From the NCBI RefSeq assembly GCF_050920415.1, contig NZ_CP169309.1: 64,000 nt of DNA; one strand, written 5' to 3'. The notes beneath the pieces are model-generated. The model was not told where the DNA came from and did no database searches. It saw nothing but the letters and a program-made list of their open reading frames with translations. A program made the translations under genes and the position numbers. Positions 46,129 through 54,386 of the stretch are shown here, one piece after another (position 1 is the stretch's first letter; every line of letters starts with the position of its first letter). The DNA is from Escherichia coli. Lineage in GTDB: Bacteria > Pseudomonadota > Gammaproteobacteria > Enterobacterales > Enterobacteriaceae.

Positions 46129-46462
46129 GGATCGCCGTAGCCATTAACAGGCTGATTGGTAAAGCTAAAAAAATTTGAGTTTGTCAAGACCACCAGAATG
46201 ACCACCATTTTAAAGTAACATTTGAAGTTTACTCAGTAGCACCTTTAGCTTCACTTACAATCAATTAACCTGTGAAGATAGCTGTACCTACAATCGCAAT
46301 AACTTATTACAGATCCGACGACAAACATCACCTGTTATCCACTCTGGCACTACCGTGCATGATAATCAATAAGTCGGGTGCTGGCTTGCAAGGCAATTGC
46401 GTTGTAATGTACCAAATCCCAGTTCGCCTTCACTCTAAAATGCCCCGACGTTTCGAACGCGT

Positions 46463-47341
46463 TTACGGTAAATAATGCGTGACAATCTGCAGGAACTCAT
46501 CCCGCATCTGGTTGTCGATTTTCGGATTCCATGCCACACCAATGTTCCATATGATCTGCTTTCCCCACAGAGTAATCAGCTTGACTCCTACAGGTAAAAA
46601 ATTCTCGACGCTGGCGGGTAGCAGCGCGAGACCATTCCCTCCGGCTATCAATGCTAGCAGGGAATGAATATCATTCGTCGCAGAGATTGGCTCAATGATG
46701 AGTTCATTATCCCGCAGGAACGCAGTCGTTTGCTCCGCCAGACAAGGGCTGACCGCTGGATCCATGCATAAAATCGGATAGATTGCCAGCGTACGCTGGA
46801 GATCGGTGGGATCAATATCGACGGCTACCGGGACAGCCAACACCAGATTTTCTTTATTTATTAAGCGAGAGGCCAATAATTCTGTTACCGGCATACGAAC
46901 AAAACCAGCATGCAGTTCACCTTCCATCAACATCCTAGCTTGTACGCTGGAGGCAATTTGGCTGATAACAACGTCGCAGTCGGGAAATTTCTGGCGAAAA
47001 GTGTTAATCCAAACTGGTGTGCTTTTAAACGAAGATATACCAAATCCGAGCACCAGTTTACCCGTACTCCCCTTTTGGATTTCTCTGGCGTAGGTTAAAA
47101 AATCGTGGTGGGATTTCAGCAACTCATAAGCTTTAGCAAACAACTGCCTGCCAACCATCGTCAACACTGCCCCGTGGCGACCACGCAGGAAAAGCTGCCC
47201 TCCGGTCTTCTGTTCGAGCATCTTGATCTGCTTTGAAAGCGCAGGTTGTGTCAGAAATAAAGCTTCTGCAGCTTTATTGTAGTTTCCCTTTTCCGCCAGT
47301 GTCACAAATGCACGCAGCAGCCTTATATCTATTCCTGACAT
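46463..47341 (-). CDS. LysR-family transcriptional regulator, divergent from the islet operon
   Basis: 292-aa ORF with N-terminal wHTH (LRAFVTLAEKGNYNKAAEALFLTQPALSKQIKMLE) and a C-terminal substrate-binding domain. Confidence 0.88.
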   Translation of the reverse strand: MSGIDIRLLRAFVTLAEKGNYNKAAEALFLTQPALSKQIKMLEQKTGGQLFLRGRHGAVLTMVGRQLFAKAYELLKSHHDFLTYAREIQKGSTGKLVLGFGISSFKSTPVWINTFRQKFPDCDVVISQIASSVQARMLMEGELHAGFVRMPVTELLASRLINKENLVLAVPVAVDIDPTDLQRTLAIYPILCMDPAVSPCLAEQTTAFLRDNELIIEPISATNDIHSLLALIAGGNGLALLPASVENFLPVGVKLITLWGKQIIWNIGVAWNPKIDNQMRDEFLQIVTHYLP

Positions 47342-47567
47342 TTATTGAATCCTGAAAAATTGGAATTATACAAATACTCGCAACAGATGACATGATGCGT
47401 AAAATGATTTACGCCGAGATCCCCTTGGTTTGTCAAACTCAGAAACGCCATACCTGCTGCTCTTGGTTCTATTTAACACTCACTAATGCGCAGGTTATTT
47501 ATAAAAATTGACCTCATAAATCATTCAAAAACATTAATTATATAAATACAATAAGGATTAAATATTT

Positions 47568-48167
47568 ATGCCAAATATTGCCGTTCTCACTAATGACCTG
47601 CAGTATGAGTTTACCTACAAAATAACACGCTCTCCAGAAATTCTGGCGCAAAAACTCGTCCAGTTTAATCAGTTTCTCGATGGCATTCGCGCTCTGGATC
47701 AATCCATTATCCACCTGCAACTTATCAACGATCCTAATGACCCGGCGGTACAAAAGCGCTATCGCAACCGCGAAGCGGGCATTCCTGCACTAGCTGGTCG
47801 CCCGGAAAACCAGATTATCGATAAAGTATACCGCCCCACAGATCTGGTTGTAGTCAAGGGCAGAGACAGCGGTTTTTTTAATAACGATCTCGACGAAATC
47901 CTCCAGCAACTCGGGGTAAAAACCGTAATCGTTACCGGGTTGCAAACTCATGTTTGCGTGCAGACCACTGCAGCGGATGCCTTCTTTCGCGGCTATAACG
48001 TCTGGGTACCGGGCGACTGCGTGTTCGCTCCTTCGTCCGAAGATACAGAGCGTGCACTCGAGTGGCTTGCCAGCTATTGCGCAACTGTAGCACCTTCTGC
48101 GGAAATTTTATCAATATTGCAAAAACAGAACGATCTGCCTGAGCGCGGCGAAAGGGAAGCATCATGA
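47568..48167 (+). CDS. Isochorismatase-family (cysteine) hydrolase
   Basis: 199-aa ORF. The family Asp-Lys-Cys triad appears in its usual contexts: IAVLTNDLQYEF, VVVKGRDSGFF and VIVTGLQTHVCVQTTAADA. Confidence 0.8.
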   Translation: MPNIAVLTNDLQYEFTYKITRSPEILAQKLVQFNQFLDGIRALDQSIIHLQLINDPNDPAVQKRYRNREAGIPALAGRPENQIIDKVYRPTDLVVVKGRDSGFFNNDLDEILQQLGVKTVIVTGLQTHVCVQTTAADAFFRGYNVWVPGDCVFAPSSEDTERALEWLASYCATVAPSAEILSILQKQNDLPERGEREAS

Positions 48168-49195
48168 GCTTAACCCAGACGCTAAATCATGAAGAGGTCG
48201 TTGTACTGGATCATGGCACCGGGGCGAAATTAAGCCGCGAGTTGGTTGAAAAAATTGCTAGCATTCTCGGTGACACCTATCTGGGCGTGATGGAAGATAG
48301 CGCGGTGCTGGGGTTATCCACCAGGCGAATTGCCTTCACCACCGACTCCTTTGTTGCCACGCCGCTGATTTTCGGCAACGGTGATATTGGCAAAATCGCC
48401 GTATGCGGCACCGTTAACGATCTCGCTGTCAGTGGGGCTCGTCCCCTTTACATCACACTCAGTCTTATTATTGAGGAAGGTATGCCGATGGCTGATCTGG
48501 TCAGAATCATCGAGTCCGTACGTGAAACGGCTCGTGAGGCAGAGGTCAAGATTGTCGCTGGTGATACCAAGGTCGTAGGTAAAGGTGAAGCAGATCGGCT
48601 GTTTATCAATACTGCTGGCATCGGCGTGTTTGAACATCCGCCAGTCTCAGTTAAGAACGTGCGTCCGGGGCAGAAAATAATCCTGAGCGGATATATCGGC
48701 AATCACTCGATTCACCTGCTGTCGATGCGGGAAGGATTGGGGTTCGAGCGAAATATTCTTAGTGATTGCGCACCGCTGAACCACATTATTGACAAACTTA
48801 TCAGCAACATCCCTGAAGGCAAAATAGCGTCAATGCGAGACGTTACGCGCGGTGGGCTGTCCGCTGTTTTACACGAACATGCGCGCGCAACAAATTATCA
48901 GATTCATTTCGACCAGCCATCTTTGCCCATACAGCCGGAAACCGCCATGGCAGCTAATATGCTGGGTGTTGACGTCATTAATCTCGCTAATGAAGGTTGT
49001 TTGTGCCTGTTTGTTGAACCTGAGTATGCTCAGAAGGTACTACATTTGCTGCAGGAGCATCCTGTCGGCAAGCACGCGACAATTATCGGCGAGATCACCG
49101 CTGTCTCGGGTACTGAAGTCTATATGATTGAAGCTGATGGAACACACACAGAAGTCGAGGAATTATATGGCGCAGAATTACCCAGACTCTGTTGA
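48164..49195 (+). CDS. HypE-like PurM-superfamily protein (carbamoyl dehydratase-like) ending in ...PRLC
   Basis: 343-aa ORF alignable along its length to my recollection of E. coli HypE (FTTDSFV, GNGDIGKIAVCGTVNDLAVSGA, IVAGDTKVV, LFINTAGIG, RDVTRGG, NLANEG). The C-terminal PRLC corresponds to the canonical PRIC. Its start overlaps the upstream stop (ATGA). Confidence 0.85.
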   Translation: MSLTQTLNHEEVVVLDHGTGAKLSRELVEKIASILGDTYLGVMEDSAVLGLSTRRIAFTTDSFVATPLIFGNGDIGKIAVCGTVNDLAVSGARPLYITLSLIIEEGMPMADLVRIIESVRETAREAEVKIVAGDTKVVGKGEADRLFINTAGIGVFEHPPVSVKNVRPGQKIILSGYIGNHSIHLLSMREGLGFERNILSDCAPLNHIIDKLISNIPEGKIASMRDVTRGGLSAVLHEHARATNYQIHFDQPSLPIQPETAMAANMLGVDVINLANEGCLCLFVEPEYAQKVLHLLQEHPVGKHATIIGEITAVSGTEVYMIEADGTHTEVEELYGAELPRLC

Positions 49196-51545
49196 GCTTC
49201 ACGAGACGCCGGAAACCCGGCGTTACCGCATCTGTGGGGTCGTTCAGGGCGTTGGATTTCGTCCCTTTGTTCACCGACTGGCCCGCACCTATGGTGCCAC
49301 CGGCTGGGTGTTAAACGATTCAGAAGGCGTGTTGCTTGAGCTGCAGGCATCCGGCACGGTTATTGCCAGAATCATGGACAAACTGGTGACCGAGGCACCA
49401 CCACTGGCAAAAATCATCAGTACGCAGGAAGTTAGCCCAACGGATACCAGAGCGCACTATGAAACGTTCAGCATCCGTAAAAGCCGCGATCATACCAGCA
49501 TGGACACGATTATCCCGCCAGATACCAACGTCTGCAGCGATTGCCTGCGCGAGATAAGCGATCCTGATAATCATCGTTATCGTTACGCTTTCACCAATTG
49601 CACCAATTGTGGGCCGCGCTATTCCATTATTCTTGGTATGCCTTACGATCGTGCCCAGAGCACTATGCGTAAATTCCCTTTATGTCCAACCTGTGAGCGT
49701 GAATACAACGATATTGAGGATCGACGCTATCATGCCCAGCCCAATGCCTGCCCAGTTTGCGGCCCACAGTTGCAACTTACCGATCGACAGGGCACATCCG
49801 TTCACACAGATGATATTGTCAAATTTGCCATTACGAAACTAAAAGAAGGCGGAATTCTTGCAATAAAGAGCCTTGGTGGCTTTCATCTCGTGGCCGATGC
49901 TTGCAATGAGAATGCTGTCAATGAACTTCGGCAACGCAAGCGAAGAGACGCCAAACCTTTTGCAGTGATGGTCGCGGATGTGGAAAGCGCGTCGCGTATT
50001 GCTTTCATCCCCCCCTGTAATCACAAATTGCTGGAAAGCCCGCAGCGTCCCATTGTCTTGTTGTATAAGCGCAACGTCCTGCTGGCGAGTACCGTTGCGC
50101 CACATAATCCGAACATCGGTGTAATGCTGCCTTCAACGCCGCTTCAGCATTTATTGCTGGAAGACCCGTCTCTGCCGATCCTGATTATGACCAGCGGTAA
50201 TATTTCCGGTCATCCGATCGTCTTTGACAACGACATGGCAATTAAGCAACTCGGGAAAATCGCGGATTACTTCATTCTGAATAATCGCGATATTCATACG
50301 CGTGTTGACGATTCGGTGGTCCGCACGGTGTTTCTCAACGACGCCATTACCTCGCAGCTATCGTTTTTGCGCCGCTCCCGCGGTTACGCGCCATACCCTA
50401 TTCATCTACCTTACGCAGTGGATTCCGTTATCGCGCTCGGGGCGGAGCTAAAAAACACGATCAGCATCGGCAAAGGAAAACAGGTTTTTCTGAGCCAGCA
50501 TATTGGCGATCTTAAGAATAACGTGACTTTTAAATCACATATCGAATGTATTGATCATCTTCAAAACCTGCTGAACGTGAAGGCAAATGTCGTGGCCTGC
50601 GATTTGCATCCCTCTTTCCGCTCTACCCGGCATGCGCTGGAGAATTTAGAGCATCAGGTTGTTCAGGTTCAACACCATCACGCGCATATGGCATCCTGCA
50701 TGGCGGAAAATGGCCTGTCAGGTACTACTCTAGGCGTAATTTTTGACGGTACAGGATATGGCACCGACGGCACCATTTGGGGCGGTGAGTTTCTCGTTGG
50801 TGATTTCGAAAAATTCGAGCGTGCAGGATGCTTGCGTTCAATGACCCTGCCCGGAGGCGATCGGGCAGTTAAAGAGCCGCTGCGCGTCGGCATCTCCTTA
50901 CTGGTGGAAACCTTCGGCGAAGATATCAGTACGCTCGCAGTACCAGGCTTGCAGGCGCTCCAGCCTCAGCAGCGCGATATATTCAGTAAAATGGCGACCA
51001 GAAAAATCAACACCACCACGACCAGCAGCATGGGCAGACTATTTGACGGCATCGCCGCGCTGATGGGCGTTTGCACTCAGGTGGAGTACGAAGCCCAGGC
51101 GGCCATTGAACTGGAAGCGCTGCTGCAGTGTAAACTTCATATGACGGCTCCGTTCAGCTACATCATTGCCGATGTCGAGAATAAGCTCGAGGTGGATTAT
51201 CGCCCGATGATAAGGGAACTGGTGCAATGCTTCAGCCAGCCCGGTTTTGATATGGCCGAACTAAGTCGGCGCTTTCACTCTACCATCGTCGACATGATTT
51301 GCGAGGTCTGTAAACGTCTGGTGGCACGCTCAGGCACGCAACAAATTGTCCTGAGCGGCGGCGTGTTCTGCAATGAATTCATCCTCGTTAATTCTCTTAA
51401 CAGTCTGGAGTCTTGTGGATTCCGGCCTTACAGCCATCAGTTAGTTCCGACTAACGATGGTGGTATTTCATTGGGGCAAGTGGTTATTGCTACCGCATAC
51501 ACTCGCGCAACGCGCAATAAAAATCTGGAGAGAGAAAATGCATAG
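49167..51545 (+). CDS. HypF-like carbamoyltransferase with all four domains (acylphosphatase, 2 x Zn-finger, YrdC-like, Kae1-like)
   Basis: ORF 49128..51545, with the ATG at 49167 preferred (GAGG SD 6 nt upstream). Motifs: VQGVGFRPF (acylphosphatase); CSDC-x18-CTNC and CPTC-x18-CPVC; ILAIKSLGGFHLVADA (YrdC-like); QVQHHHAHMASC (Kae1/HypF metal site). Confidence 0.88.
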   Translation: MAQNYPDSVELHETPETRRYRICGVVQGVGFRPFVHRLARTYGATGWVLNDSEGVLLELQASGTVIARIMDKLVTEAPPLAKIISTQEVSPTDTRAHYETFSIRKSRDHTSMDTIIPPDTNVCSDCLREISDPDNHRYRYAFTNCTNCGPRYSIILGMPYDRAQSTMRKFPLCPTCEREYNDIEDRRYHAQPNACPVCGPQLQLTDRQGTSVHTDDIVKFAITKLKEGGILAIKSLGGFHLVADACNENAVNELRQRKRRDAKPFAVMVADVESASRIAFIPPCNHKLLESPQRPIVLLYKRNVLLASTVAPHNPNIGVMLPSTPLQHLLLEDPSLPILIMTSGNISGHPIVFDNDMAIKQLGKIADYFILNNRDIHTRVDDSVVRTVFLNDAITSQLSFLRRSRGYAPYPIHLPYAVDSVIALGAELKNTISIGKGKQVFLSQHIGDLKNNVTFKSHIECIDHLQNLLNVKANVVACDLHPSFRSTRHALENLEHQVVQVQHHHAHMASCMAENGLSGTTLGVIFDGTGYGTDGTIWGGEFLVGDFEKFERAGCLRSMTLPGGDRAVKEPLRVGISLLVETFGEDISTLAVPGLQALQPQQRDIFSKMATRKINTTTTSSMGRLFDGIAALMGVCTQVEYEAQAAIELEALLQCKLHMTAPFSYIIADVENKLEVDYRPMIRELVQCFSQPGFDMAELSRRFHSTIVDMICEVCKRLVARSGTQQIVLSGGVFCNEFILVNSLNSLESCGFRPYSHQLVPTNDGGISLGQVVIATAYTRATRNKNLERENA

Positions 51546-52278
51546 TTCTGCGAACCGTATTGCCGCTGTTTTATTCGATATGGATGGTGTCCTTATTGAT
51601 TCCAATGCGGTGATTGAGCGCGGCTGGGCTGAAGGCGCACAGATGTTTGGCAAGACGCTAACGGAAGAGGATATCGTCAGGCATATTCACGGACAGCCCG
51701 GCCCGCATACCATTCGCGCCCTGTTCAGCGACCTTTCCCTGGAAGATCAAAAGAAGGTCCAGTCACATATCATCCACGTTGAAAATACCGCTGATTACGA
51801 CCCGATCCCTGGAGTTAGCGAACTTATCCAGGCGTTGCATAAGGCTGGCATCAGTGTGGGGATTGTCACTAGCGGCTGGCGGTCGAAAATCGATCGTATT
51901 ATGGAGATGCTGCAAATCACGCCCTGTATTTCAGTGATTGTCGAACGTGATGATGTCGTGCGCGGCAAGCCTTATCCCGATCCTTATCTGCTTGCCGCAG
52001 AGCGGTTTCATCTTGCACCGTCCAGAACACTGGTCTTTGAGGATTCAAGAAGCGGCGTAACATCTGCTGTTACAGCAGGCGCAATTTGTGTTGGCATCGG
52101 TACAGACAGTCTGAAAGAGTGCGGTGCCGTGCTTGCAATTACAGATTTTCGTAATGTGAAAATCACCTCACAGACAGGCGAAAAAGTAGTGATTGCCTTT
52201 ACTCCAGAGCACCAGATGGAGATGGAAACTCAGAGCTCTCGTAAGAAAACATCCTGTACCACAAGAGAAGAGTGCTAA
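51538..52278 (+). CDS. HAD-superfamily hydrolase (subfamily IA, beta-phosphoglucomutase/sugar-phosphatase-like)
   Basis: ORF 51457..52278, with the ATG at 51538 (MHSSANRIAAVLFDMDGVLIDS) overlapping the hypF-like stop (ATGCATAG). HAD motifs: DMDG, TSG, K-x-PYPDPY, FEDS. Confidence 0.85.
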   Translation: MHSSANRIAAVLFDMDGVLIDSNAVIERGWAEGAQMFGKTLTEEDIVRHIHGQPGPHTIRALFSDLSLEDQKKVQSHIIHVENTADYDPIPGVSELIQALHKAGISVGIVTSGWRSKIDRIMEMLQITPCISVIVERDDVVRGKPYPDPYLLAAERFHLAPSRTLVFEDSRSGVTSAVTAGAICVGIGTDSLKECGAVLAITDFRNVKITSQTGEKVVIAFTPEHQMEMETQSSRKKTSCTTREEC

Positions 52279-53471
52279 TGAATATCACACAGAAGGGACG
52301 CTGGGCTGTCACTATGCTATTTTTTATCAATGGCTTCGTCACCGGAGGTTGGGCTGTGCAAATTGCACAGCTTGTACCACGCTTTGGCGTGACCGACAAA
52401 GTGATCGGCCATTTAATTCTGATCTTCGGATTCGGTGCACTAACCATGATGCCCATATCAGGCATTCTGATGGAAAAGATGGGGACACAAATCGTAACGC
52501 GTATTTTTGCCCTTGCAGCCTCCCTGGCATTAATTCCGGTTGGTTTAGCCACCACCCCATTAGTGTTGATGCCAGCGTTATTTGTTCTTGGTGCGATGAT
52601 TGGTGCCATGAATGTAGCGATGAACTCGAATGCCGTGGCGGTGGAGAGATCACTCTCACAAGCGATTTTATCCTCCTGCCATTGCTTCTGGAGTATCGGC
52701 CTATTTGCGGCGGGCTCGATAGGCGGCCATCTTGTTGAACAATTTGGCTTTTTGACGCATATCTTTTTGATTAGTGCCGTGGCCTTAATACTGACGCTGA
52801 TTATCGCTCCGGCCATTTTTAAAGACATACAGACGGTTAAATCCACCAGCAGACAGACCACCCGGTTGCCTCGTTCTCCGGCGATTTATCTGATTGGATT
52901 GATGGCTTTTCTGGCCATGATCCCTGAATGCGCTGTTGTTGACTGGTCGTCACGCTATTTGATTAAAAATCTCAATGCAAAAACAGAAATCGCCAGCCTT
53001 GCCTTCGCCTGCTTTGCTGTAGCAATGGCCTTGTTTCGCTTTATGGGTGACGTGATCCGCAACCGCTTCGGCGCAATATTAATTATACGAATCTCCAGCT
53101 TACTGGCAGGCGCTAGCCTATTGTTGAGCGCACTGGCACACAATCCCTGGCAGGCGATCTGCGCATTTACCTTAGCGGGAATCGGCATCGCCAACCTTGT
53201 GCCCATTGTCTTTTCCGCAGCGGGAAATCAGCCCAATATTTCCACCAACACAGGAATGAGCATTGCCACAACCATTGGGTATTTAGGCACGCTAATGGCC
53301 CCTGCGCCTATTGGCTATATTGCGGAAATAACCGGTTTTCCAGTGGTTTATTGCGGACTAGCTTTCATGTCGGGAATTATCTTTTTGCTGGCACCACTGG
53401 TTCGGGGGGCAGAAATCTCTGTACAGCGGCAGCGAGCCTCAAACAAACACCAGAATACCGGAGCGTTGTAA
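52278..53471 (+). CDS. MFS transporter
   Basis: ORF 52272..53471, with the ATG at 52278 overlapping the HAD stop (TAATG). Roughly 12 hydrophobic helices throughout. Confidence 0.85.
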   Translation: MNITQKGRWAVTMLFFINGFVTGGWAVQIAQLVPRFGVTDKVIGHLILIFGFGALTMMPISGILMEKMGTQIVTRIFALAASLALIPVGLATTPLVLMPALFVLGAMIGAMNVAMNSNAVAVERSLSQAILSSCHCFWSIGLFAAGSIGGHLVEQFGFLTHIFLISAVALILTLIIAPAIFKDIQTVKSTSRQTTRLPRSPAIYLIGLMAFLAMIPECAVVDWSSRYLIKNLNAKTEIASLAFACFAVAMALFRFMGDVIRNRFGAILIIRISSLLAGASLLLSALAHNPWQAICAFTLAGIGIANLVPIVFSAAGNQPNISTNTGMSIATTIGYLGTLMAPAPIGYIAEITGFPVVYCGLAFMSGIIFLLAPLVRGAEISVQRQRASNKHQNTGAL

Positions 53472-53922
53472 TTTCTGCCTGGCAAATACTGTGAAACGCT
53501 GACGCAAATTTTACTTTCCTGCGTATTGTCATCACAGGCCGTACAGACAGTGCGCGGTCTGTTGGCGGATCTGCCTGGTATTTTGCCGATGAACTGAGGG
53601 CGTCCTGCGGGATACGTATCGCCAGGGGCGTGAAACTAATTGATGAGGTGGCGGCATGATGCCGGCGGACTAGCATATCTGCCTTTCGCCGCCTGACATG
53701 TCCTTTGGGGCCGCTGTCAGTTCAGAGTAAAGGAGAAAAAGATCGATACCGAGGGGGGGCACGACGCCCCGGAGACACCCCTGTTTCGTCAGACAGTCTG
53801 TACCGCGTACAGCCTGAAACTCCCTAAACCTCAACAAACTGCCACTTCGACGTGAAGGTATCGTTCTGGCGCAGCCAAAAAGCACATGCCGGAGACTGTT
53901 TTTTTGGTTGTAGAGGGTAGTC

Positions 53923-54060
53923 ATGAGCAAATTAAGTAGTGAAATGAAGGCCCTGACGAAGAAAGCAGGCGGCAGCTTCAAAACGGTAAATGACCGTATC
54001 CATATTACAAAACGGTTCAGTGAGCATTTACGCGAACTGAACATCCAGATCCGGCGGGTA
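53923..54060 (+). pseudogene. Possible N-terminal stump of a second tyrosine-recombinase-type gene
   Basis: MSKLSSEMKALTKKAGGSFKTVNDRIHITKRFSEHLRELNIQIRRV resembles, from memory only, the N-terminal domain of a class of island or plasmid integrases. The frame then runs into antisense sequence of the P4-type integrase stump. Confidence 0.3.
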
Positions 54061-54225
54061 TGCGCCAAGACTGACTCTGGATTCTTTTCCGTTGAAACGA
54101 TATTTGAGATACCAGATGCGTGAACCGCCCGGATTGACGAGCAGATACAGACCGTGAGAGTCGGAGAGTTTTACCGGACGGGAAGAGGTTTTTAACTTGC
54201 GGATTTTAGAATCGTTTAAAGACAT
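54055..54225 (-). pseudogene. N-terminal ~57-codon stump of a P4-type (tRNA-associated) integrase
   Basis: MSLNDSKIRKLKTSSRPVKLSDSHGLYLLVNPGGSRIWYLKYRFNGKESRVSLGAYP matches the conserved DUF4102/Arm-type N-terminus of P4-like integrases. It starts ~160 bp from the asnT 3' end. No catalytic domain follows. Confidence 0.8.
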
Positions 54226-54386
54226 TTGGGGGTCACTCCAGAATCGAACCAAACTGACCCCAGATCTGACCACCAAATTATCCCGATGCGGAGAGAAAAC
54301 CAGATACGCACCGGGGAGGATTTTCACGCTAACTTACTGAACCGTAAACAAATAGAGATGTACAGATAAGCATGAAAACTTGAATT

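Larger units (their letters stand above)
46108..54386. mobile_element. ~8.3-kb genomic islet integrated at the 3' end of asnT (degenerate; integrase reduced to stumps)
   Basis: 21-bp direct repeats at both ends. A P4-type integrase N-terminal fragment sits next to the tRNA. As I recall the K-12 map, asnT directly abuts the yeeJ upstream region. Confidence 0.8.

Noticed and set aside
46272-46475. 67-aa plus-strand ORF (GTG start) just inside the islet's left end
   Set aside because: It has no SD and no motifs, and it runs into the 3' end of the convergent LysR gene.
49128-49166. Longer HypF-like start at 49128 (MKLMEHTQKSRNY...)
   Set aside because: This start would overlap the HypE-like gene by 68 nt and lacks an SD. 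The ATG at 49167 has GAGG 6 nt upstream. The choice remains unverified.
52193-52861. 181-aa plus-strand ORF (52193..52738) and 220-aa minus-strand ORF (52199..52861) overlapping the MFS gene
   Set aside because: The MFS frame has continuous hydrophobic helices and is translationally coupled to the HAD gene. The alternative frames give Cys/Arg-rich or irregular sequences.
53377-54068. Minus-strand ORFs 53377..53676 and 53670..54068 downstream of the MFS gene
   Set aside because: They show no family motifs, overlap the MFS 3' end or the plus-strand recombinase-like stump, and are probably non-coding island debris.
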